A stretch of 63,999 bases of DNA, counting the filler, from Basidioascus undulatus (Eukaryota): assembly GCA_000826855.1 (NCBI GenBank). It is 16 parts of 16 records of this genome, joined end to end, with 100 filler letters (N's around TTAATTAATTAA, not from the genome) between each part and the next. Parts side by side here need not be neighbours in the genome. Positions count along the whole stretch, not along the records: positions 53,417 to 56,023 come from JTLS01002696.1; positions 56,124 to 58,726 come from JTLS01002697.1; positions 58,827 to 61,424 come from JTLS01002698.1; positions 61,525 to 63,999 come from JTLS01002730.1; 12 more parts are not named here. The stretch is one strand, 5' to 3'. The position numbers were made by a program, and so were the translations under genes. Shown piece by piece: positions 55,378 to 63,999 of this stretch. The notes beneath the pieces are model-generated. The model was not told the DNA's origin and made no database searches. It saw nothing but the letters and a program-made list of their open reading frames with translations. The number at the start of each line of letters is the position of its first letter. Position 1 is the stretch's first letter.

Positions 55378-56023
55378 ATGGATTACAGTGCTTTGTCCGA
55401 TAACGCTCTTGCCCTGGCGGTGCCCTCGGTTGGCTTGCCTTCTCCCCATCACCACCGATTCCAACACCACCGCCCGCACCGACGCTGCAGCCTGCACTCC
55501 TTCGAGCCCTCAAGCTCGCTTCTGGTCAGAAACCCCCAGGCTTCGAGTAGCCTCTCCATCTCCTCGACAATCCAACACTGCATCCACCATCACACTTCGA
55601 ATGCTCCTCTGCATCAGCGCCGACGCGCACGACACGGCGCTCCCTCCGCGCCAGACGCCCAGCAAGCACTCGCGCCTCGCGAGGCGTGTAAGCGAGGGCG
55701 GCAGCCGCTTGCGCAAACGAGGCGTGCGCAAGGCCAGCGTTAGCGTGCCTGTTGCGGGCAGCTTTGAGCATCGAGGCCATGTTGAGCGCGGGGAGGGGAC
55801 GGACGAGGTGAGTGCCTGCTTGCCGTGCCTGCGCTGGTTCGAGGGGTGGTGAGGCGCCGCAGGACAGGGCGAAGAGACGCTGTCGGGACACTGTTGGAAT
55901 CTGAGGACAACCTGCTGCTGAGTTCTGACGAGGAAACGACGGGCACTGACACCCCTAATTCGTCCCGGACAGTCTACTCGAATCCGCGACCTGAGTACGC
56001 TTCTCGCGAACCCCAACCCAGTG
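55378..56023 (+). CDS. Possible CRIB-motif protein; gene model unresolved, may be disrupted
   Basis: SVSVPVAGSFEHRGHV matches the CRIB pattern and is followed by a GTGAGT donor. Exon frames could not be reconciled. Confidence 0.35.
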
Positions 56024-57118
56024 NNNNNNNNNNNNNNNNNNNNNNNNNNNNNNNNNNNNNNNNNNNNTTAATTAATTAANNNNNNNNNNNNNNNNNNNNN
56101 NNNNNNNNNNNNNNNNNNNNNNNGGAGGTAGGATGATGCGATGCGAGGGCTTGGGCGCTTTGGGATTAGAAAAAGGAAGGAAGACGAACAGAAGGGGCGG
56201 GGCACGAGGCGGCGCGTGGGCGCGTGTGCGCGCGGTCACGTGCGTGAAATTTGGGGCACTGCGTTGGGACTGCGTCTTCGTTGGTTTGCCAATTTGGCTG
56301 TGCTCCAGAGGAGGCTGAACAATCGAAGGGATGTTTCATTGAAGATACCTGAAAGTCCACAGATACAGGAGGGGGGCTGAGGATGTCTGATCAGCAGTCC
56401 TCGGGGTAGGCTGGGCAACATGAAATGGTGATTTCTCGGGATCAAGTACCACCAAGTTTGGCAGTATGGATTAGACATTTATTAGTGTTTTCTTGATTAG
56501 AAAGTTAGGAATGGTACCAGTGAGTGGTCTCGCAGCGAGTTGAACCTCGCTGAACGTCGGTGCTGCGAGGACTGACAGAAGACAGCCGCCGGAGGCCAGC
56601 AGGGCCCAGTACTGCCAATGAGAATCTACCACTCCGTTTATCATCTCGTAAATATTTCTGTCAGAATGGTGACCTGGGATGTGCAGCAATGATAGAGGGA
56701 TCTCCTTGCCACTGCGACGTGCTGGAAAGCGTGGATTCGGATAGCGGCTTCAGTCGGTCGATCTTAAGAGAGAGACAGTCTTGAAGACAACTCAAAGGCC
56801 AGTATCAGCGTCGTCGTACCTGCGTCAATGCAGTCCGTGCAACTTGAATATCAGCAACTACACTGGGATTATCGGGCGTAGCCGAATCATACAGGTTGAA
56901 ATTTGAGGTATATTTCTGCAGTCTTTGAGCAGAACAATGCCGACTGGAGTGGGATTGAAGTCCACAGAAACTAGGATTGCGTCGGCTGGTGCAGAGCCCG
57001 GTATTTGGCGACAGACCCATCCGCCCAACATTTTTTGTTTCTCCTGCTCGTCGCCTCACACTCTCGCTCTCATCCTCATCACCCCCTCATCCGCTCTATC
57101 GCCCCCCTCGCACTCAGC

Positions 57119-58428
57119 ATGTCCACGCTCCCCGACCACGCATCACTCACCCTCGACCACGCCCTCACCTCTCTCCCCGAACTTGCTCCCCCCGCCGACG
57201 CCGCCTCCCCATCCGCCGCCCCGGCGCCTTCGCAGCACACGCGCTCCTCCACGCGCGCGCGCAAGCCTCCCACATCTTTTCAAACGGCCATGGACGCCGC
57301 CGCCCAGCCCTCGTCCTCCATCTCCCCCCCCAAGCGGCGCGGGCGCCCCCCAAAGCGCCCGAAGCTCCCCAAACCGTCCACGCCCGCGCTGAGCACTACC
57401 ACCGCGCGGTCGCACTCGGCCACGCCGATCGACGTCGACGCCTTCGCGCCCCTACGCAAGGCGCGAGCGCCTCGCGAGCGCGACGCAAAGAGCAAGGCGA
57501 CCACGGGGCGCTTTGCGCTGCAGCGCCCGAAAGTCGAGGTCGAGGAGGACAAGCGTTACTTGGCGGAGAAGCACGGGATCCGGATGGCCACGGGCCAGGC
57601 GGTCCTGCAAAGTCATATTTCGAGGGTCCTGCTGGAGAAGCTGGAGGCGGCTGGGATTGCGCAGGCGAGCGGGGAGGCGTATGGGAGGCTGCCGAATGGG
57701 TTCACGGCGGTGCGTCTGCTCCTTTCCTCTTCCTCTCTCCTTTCGTTTCTTTGCCCCTCTTTTTTGGTTCCTCTTCCTCCGTTTATCTCTTCAGAGTGAA
57801 GGGCCGAAGGGTCTGATCAAGGATGATGCGCACCCAGAATCCCCAAGGCTGGCTCGAGCAACACCACTGCACGATCGAAGGCTGGCCTCAGGGGCTGCCC
57901 GCAACCGCCGTCGGCGGGTGGACGAACCACCAGCTGTACGCGGTGCTCGTGCACCTGCTCTCCTCGCCCGACACAGTCCGCATCCTCCGCAACGACGGCA
58001 AGACGGGTCCGGCGGTCCCGCCCGTCCGCCCGTTCAAGGGCAAGCGCAAGGAGTACATCAAGGGCGCGGACCCCATCCCGAGCAAGCGCCGGAAACGGAC
58101 CGCACCCGCCTCCGACCCCGGAGAACTATCTTCCTCCACTACTACTGCTTTCACCCCCGACGCTCCTCCCCCGCCGCCATCCCTCCCCCCGCAGCAGCAG
58201 CACCACCACCCAGATCCATCCCTCGTGAACCTCCCCCCCAACTTCGCGTCCTCCCTCTCCGCCGCACTCGACCTGTTCGGACCCGCAGCCGCGGACGACG
58301 CCTCCCCATCAGCAGGCACCTCCCCCGCGCCCTTCGGCGTACCCGCCGGAGACGCCCATCTCGCGTTCCCACTCGCGTCGGGATTCTATCCGCCGCCATC
58401 GCAGCAGGGCGAGGCGAGGGGAGAGTAG
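57119..58428 (+). CDS. AT-hook-containing protein of unknown function
   Basis: ATG at 57119, KRRGRPPKR AT-hook, one CT-rich intron at about 57710-57795, and a second exon open to TAG at 58428. Confidence 0.75.
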
Positions 58429-59319
58429 GGAGCGGAGGGCGAGGGTAGTAGAGGAAGGGTCACGCGCTGTCTTGTTGTACTTGTACTTTTACCTGTTCTT
58501 CCGCAGTGTATTGACTTCCTTTTCCTAGCCTCGGAAATGCTAATCATCTCCTCACGGTAGTTCGGTCAAGTCTATTTTCATCTCGATCGATCGACGTTCG
58601 CCTGTCTGTCACTCTCGCAGTCCTTCTCGCATCGCGCAGCCCGAGCCCACTACGCATTCCAACGCCCTCCATCTTCCTCTACGGCATCTAGCAATCTAAA
58701 CGGTCCCCCCTGGACAACCAGCTCCCNNNNNNNNNNNNNNNNNNNNNNNNNNNNNNNNNNNNNNNNNNNNTTAATTAATTAANNNNNNNNNNNNNNNNNN
58801 NNNNNNNNNNNNNNNNNNNNNNNNNNACAGAAGAAATAAATATATGCCGAAGTAAATCGTGGTTACAAGAGCAGGTCCCGGGGCGACTCTTCAGAAACTA
58901 CGTATATGCTGGACGACGAACGGTACTACCTACCACAAGCCGCGTCTCAAGTCATAGTGCACAGGTTCAACGATTGGATCATGCAGCAGGAAGCGAGAGA
59001 CCGATCCTTCCCCGGGACGGCCGATAATTTCGCAAGGGGCCGCGCAGTCTGTTGGTCTGGCAACGACAAACAGCGCTCGACTTGCAACCCCGCCTTGTTC
59101 ATAACGAAGTTCCAAGCATTCCGAACAATCCGGGTGAACACAGCGAAATTTATGGTCGGGTCTAGCCCGGCTGCGCATCGTCCAGCACTACCGCATGTGG
59201 AAAGGGACGTCTACAACAGAAATATCCGAGTTACATCAACAGCAACGGCAAAGCGCAGCACCCTTCTAACCCGGTACATATCCACCCCAGAAAGAATGAA
59301 GAGAGAGCCCTGTGTGTTC

Positions 59320-59765
59320 TAAGAGGAAGCCGTGCCAGTCCTAACCCCTCACCAGCTCCACCACCCTACCCCTCAGCGCGCCCTCCCACTCTGTCCAAGC
59401 CGCCTCTCCTACAGCGGCGTCCCCCTCGGCGTCCCCCTCCCCCACAACAACCCTCTCAAGTCGCGGACACACCGTCTCCCTATTCACATCCGCCCCCCGG
59501 CCGCCCAGCGCGCGCAGCCACGCGCGCTCCGGCCCGCTCCAGAGCTCGATGCGGAGCTCGCGGAGGTGGAGGAGCGGGTGGGCGAGTGGGCGCGGATGGA
59601 GGAAGGCGAGGGTTAGGAGGACAGGCGGGGTGCGAGGAGGGGGAGGTCGGGCGGGAGAGAAGAGGGCGGGAGGAGGAGAGACAGGGAGGAGAGGGTTGGG
59701 AGGTCGGAGAGGAAGGGGGTAGGGAGTGCAGGAGCGCGTCGAGCGAGTGGGACGACGCGCAGTCT
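59320..59765 (-). pseudogene. Remnant resembling the C-terminus of an F-box/LRR-like protein
   Basis: LPTLSSLSLLLP..., a 1-nt frameshift, then LTLAFLHP...LRELRIELW...VCPRLERVVV...LRGRVVELVRV...*. Confidence 0.35.
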
Positions 59766-60299
59766 ACGAGGCTGAGCTCCCGGCTGAGAGGCTGTACCTT
59801 TCCCTCAACGCTCTTTGCCTCCTTGCTACTGAGGTGACGGTTGAAAACGAGAAGTTTCCAATATATTTGTGGATAATTTTGTCTGAAGCTAATGTAACAG
59901 GTTTGAAGAACACAGCCATGCGAGAAGGGACAGACTTCGCCGGCCCTAATTCGCAGCGCAGCGCCAGAGAGCAAGAGGTCTTGAGAGGTCGGTTCAGTCG
60001 CAGACGACCAAAGCCACAATAGGACCAAAGATGCAAGTTGATGCAAGTCTCAAGAGCTCTTCGACATATGGTGACAGTCTACCTGTGCCGTTCGGGCCCT
60101 CCTTTGTTCAATTGCGCTGCCCTGCCGCCGACTCGTGAGGGGGAGCGACTCGGCGACACTGCCCCTTTCATCCTCACCTCCGCACCTTCGCCTCGCACTC
60201 TATTCTCTCCTCTCGACCACCTCCCACTCCCTCGAAGCCTAACCACTCTCGTATCACCCGCTCTGTACATCTCCAAACTCCCTCACACTTCGCACTTCG

Positions 60300-61346
60300 A
60301 AATGCTCGCTTGCACCTTCAGTCGAGTCCTCCCTCGCTCTCGCTTCGCTCGCCCTTCGACGTTACTCTCGATCTCAATGTGCCGGCAATGTAGGCTTCCG
60401 CGCTGCTTACGCCCATCCTTAAACTCTCTCAAATGGCCTCTGGCTTGTCGGTTCACCAAGCCTATTCCATTGCCGCGACTTCGCCTTGGGCGGCCGCTTT
60501 CGGCCAACAAGGACGAGGAAAAGCTGAGTACCTGTGCAATAGGCACCTTTCACGGGCCGAGACTGAGCTCTCTGTTTCACTGGATGATGAGTTCCACGGT
60601 CACTTCCTCGATTCCAGTATCAAGTTCTCGACCATCTGTATGTCAACTCTTATTTGGGCGCCCGGATCGAATCCTTCGAGATGCTTTTGTGGGAGGTGTC
60701 TATGCCTAGTGATGTCGAGGCCCAGTGCAGAGACGGGTACAAGCTTGGGCGTTTTACATTCCAGGTTGCAAAAACAGGAGAGACTGGGCAAACTCATCTG
60801 CTATTGCAGTACAGTCGCCTCACCACCAAGGCATTGCACCTGCTGCCCAATCCGCGTTCGCTCAGACTCGAATGCTACTCGTGGGACCTGGATTTTCGAC
60901 TTCACAGGAAGCTGCTTCCATAATTGCGTCGCTGCCCTGCCTCGAGTCATACGGCACTGGCCTTCACAAACCTCCTCCGTTAATCGACCTCTTGCGGTTA
61001 CCCGTCCAAAGGAACTCACCCTCTCCGTGTCAGCGTGGGCCGGACTGGAGATCGATTATAGGGAACTGGAGTAATTTCTTCAAGGGGGAGGGCAACGGCT
61101 CGAGCGATTGGCGGTCAACTTCTTCGACTTCTTCGTGGTGGTGTACTTCTTCAATCACGAGTGCAATTCGGAGTCCCCTCCTCTGTTCCTCAGGCGCTCG
61201 AGATACTCCTCAACGGAGCGGAGCTTCCTGCTCTCCGCGAGATTGCTATGACGCGCTTGATCCTACCGGACCTTGACAGTATCCTCAATGACACGGAGGG
61301 TTATAAAATCGCACGCCGGGAGGATGATGATGGCCTTGAACGCTGA
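60300..61346 (+). pseudogene. Degenerate LRR/F-box-like gene relic
   Basis: Fragments LHLLPNPRSLRLECY and LEILLNGAELPALREIAM lie in shifting frames with stops. Confidence 0.3.
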
Positions 61347-61524
61347 TTCAAAAGCAACGTGGGGCAGGCCAAGGTCCAGGAGCTCTGCAAAGATACCTTG
61401 TCTTACTACGCTGCGTCGGGAACTNNNNNNNNNNNNNNNNNNNNNNNNNNNNNNNNNNNNNNNNNNNNTTAATTAATTAANNNNNNNNNNNNNNNNNNNN
61501 NNNNNNNNNNNNNNNNNNNNNNNN

Positions 61525-62301
61525 GCATTTTAATGCACTGCATTCTGATGCGGGGAGAGGGTAGGGCACGTGCGCGAGCGAGCGAGTGGGTTTGTCCGCC
61601 CATGGTCGAGCAGTGGGGTTCAGCGCGAGATGGACGGGCTCGCGGAGCGGTTCGCGCGTGTTCCCAGGCTCGGCCCACGCGCTCCAGAGCTCGACGCACC
61701 CCTCCATGGGGGAGACAGCGCAAAGGGGTCTTCTAGACACGTGGACCTCGAGCCCGGCGTCAACAATGACAGACCCGCGGTGCGCGTCCAGCACGCGCAC
61801 GTGCTGCCCCGAGAGGCTGAGCGCGCACTGCGCGGGGAGCGCGGCGCGGAAGGCGGGCGAGGGGGAAAAAACGTTGCGGAGGCCTAGGACGTCCGCGCGA
61901 ATTTCTGGGGCTGTGGGGGAGGGGAAGACGTGCAGGAGTGCGTTGGTCGGGTAGGTGCATGTGGCGTGGAGTGGGTGTGCGAGATGAGGGGTCCAGCGGT
62001 GAAGAAAGTGGGTGTAGAGGTCGTACGCGCTGCTGTACGGCGATGGGGGGGAGAGGTACTCTCGCAGCGTGTTCGAGGGCAGATGGGCGAGGATCCGCGG
62101 AATCCAGAGTGAGGGAGAGGTAGTGACGAGTACTTGGTATGCTTTGGATGTCTGTGAGAATTGGGCTATGGATTTCGAGGGTAGGTGGGACAGGATCGAG
62201 AGCACCAGCTCGGGAGGAAGACGCTCGAGAGGGGCAGGAGCAGATGAAGGTGGATCGACAGCGGGGGGAACACCCGGTCCCTCGATGGTTGGATCCGCCA
62301 T
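61525..62301 (-). CDS. F-box protein, 3'-partial
   Basis: PLERLPPELVLSILSHLPSKSIAQFSQTSKAYQVLV...LWIPR, with the frame open to the contig end. Confidence 0.85.
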
Positions 62302-62685
62302 GAGTACAGTTTCAAAAAAGAATGCACAATTAGTAGCACTTCGATAAACCGAAAGATGTGGTGGTGGGGAGAGAAGCTCGAGAGGCCAATGGCGTTACGT
62401 ATCGCAGCTCCTGCACACGACCGGATCGCCAAAGAGTGACACAAGCTTTTTGCATTCCTGGATCTTTATAATTCTCACTGTCGTACTCTCCAAATGTCTG
62501 TAATCCACTTAAAAGAGCATTGAGCTCGGCGTGATGGTGGTGATGCAGGAGGCAAGCGTCCGAATGGCAGAAGAACGCCGAATTATTCACCGCGGAAACG
62601 GCGCGCTTGCAAGGGGCCAGGGCCTGAAGTGAGGGCGGCCGACACGAGCTCTTCCTCTCTCCATCATCCCCCTCCCCTGCCCATC

Positions 62686-63272
62686 ATGGTCGTCGCTAAG
62701 ATCGCCCCGTACGCCATCGGCCCACGCGCAGACATCTCTGTACTTCTGCAGACGTAACTGGATCGCTGATGGTGGTTGCATGGGGCTGGCGTTCGGACTC
62801 GCATCAGTATCACCGGCAAGTTCCGCAAGCGCCTCATCCTCGACATCTCCGTCTCCCTCGGCCTCGGCACGGCTGCCGGCTACGCCTACTGGTGAGCGGG
62901 CGTCTTCCATCCCGTTGTCCGTTTGGGACGGGCGGAAGGGGCGGGCGGGCTGCGGCAGTCTTGTGCGAAGGGCCATGCATGCTGACCCCCTTCCTCCGTT
63001 GGTAGGTACGGCATGCACGTTCCCCAGGGTGAGTACCTTCCACATCTTTTCCTCGTACGAAGGAAAACGGGCTGGGACGTGGGTACTTGGATCATCGAGC
63101 GCCTTCGCACGAATCAGCTTTCACCTCCTACCCCATTTCTCGCGACCCCTTCCGAAATCCCCTGACTGACCTCCTCGCCCCTCCCCCAGTCCGCCGCCGC
63201 GACGAGTTCTACCTCAAGCTAGAGAAGGAGAAGGCGTCTGGCCTCGTCTCCCCCTACCGCCAGTTGGCTTAG
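62686..63272 (+). CDS. COX9: Cytochrome c oxidase subunit VIIa (Cox9)
   Basis: Four exons splice to MVVAKIAPITGKFRKRLILDISVSLGLGTAAGYAYWYGMHVPQVRRRDEFYLKLEKEKASGLVSPYRQLA*. Confidence 0.9.
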
Positions 63273-63916
63273 ACGGGTTTCGATTGGGTGGGATAGGAGG
63301 AGGTGTACCACGGAAGGAGCGCTGGGCAGATATCCAACACGTTTCTCGCTCGCTCCGATGCTTGGTATGCGCTCGACGCTTTCGTGTGCAGGGTCGCCCC
63401 GGCGGTCTGCTGCGTAGTGACTGCTGCTCACCTAGCTAACGGCTACCTCGACGGGCTCTTTCCCGCTCGATCATCTCGTCAACACGCCATCAACACGCCG
63501 GAGGACTGCTTTGACCGCACTTACCTGACCGTCCTTCGATTCCAGCTCAACCATTCGTTCCCCCCTCACCTCCGCCGCGCTATAACCGTATTAAGATTGC
63601 TGCCCCACTTATCCTCGTACTCAGCTGTTAACGTTCATCCGTCTGGGCCGAAAAACGAAGCAGTTTACAACGCGTATGAATCACTCTCTCTTCAAGGGTC
63701 TGTTCTGTGGAGCAAGGGTGCAGATGTTTCGATATAGCTCCAGGGGTCCAGAGTGATGAATTTTACACGCAAGGTCTCCCTTGCCTGTTGAAACTGACAA
63801 CTGCTTTTAGAGCAATCTCTACCCGAAACAAAAACGAAAAGGCAGTGGCCCGTGATTGCGAGAAGCAGGCACCACGCAAGGCATTGGCCCAAATGGGGGG
63901 CCCATGCAAAAAGGCG

Positions 63917-63998
63917 CTCTCTGGCCGGGAATTGAACCCGGGTCGCCCGCGCCATTGTGAATGACAAGCGGATATACTAGCCACTATACTACCAAAGA
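63917..63998 (-). tRNA. tRNA-Asp(GTC) with 10-nt intron (63952-63961)
   Basis: TCTTTGG/CCAGAGA acceptor stem, TAGTATAGTGG A-box, TT-GTC-A anticodon loop, GGTTCAATTCC B-box and a downstream TTTTT. Confidence 0.94.
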
Positions 63999-63999
63999 G

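Noticed and set aside
58906..59322. 138-aa ORF, and the similar 63303-63737 ORF
   Set aside because: No recognisable motif and no evident coding-type codon bias, so unsupported.

Overview
This is a GC-rich, intron-dense fungal (basidiomycete-type, by inference) genome assembly, not one continuous locus. Sixteen contigs are joined by 15 artificial 100-nt linkers (N44-TTAATTAATTAA-N44). Fifteen contigs are about 2.5-2.6 kb and one (13679-36977) is about 23 kb, so adjacency across linkers means nothing biologically. Recognisable genes, mostly partial: a PAM2/CCCH zinc-finger protein, BFR2, DHX35, ARB1, GPI14, HUB1, a xylose reductase, a DUF3684-type protein with a C-terminal HExxH motif, a DUF3752-like protein, DOM34, RBG1, ATM1, a PABP, an RSC8/SWI3-like subunit, an AT-hook protein, an F-box protein and COX9. 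There are three tRNAs (Tyr-GTA and Asp-GTC with introns, Val-AAC) and two Ty1/copia pieces. The large contig holds a roughly 14 kb stretch of decayed DNA-transposon and F-box-like relics plus a tandem orphan gene/pseudogene pair. The most unusual observation is a four-RRM PABP block that sits in frame inside what looks like an unrelated, possibly Reb1/Myb-type, gene. Others are CpG-focused mutation of the copia copies, two start codons split by introns, and micro-exon architecture in HUB1. All family assignments are from manual motif recognition; no searches were run.
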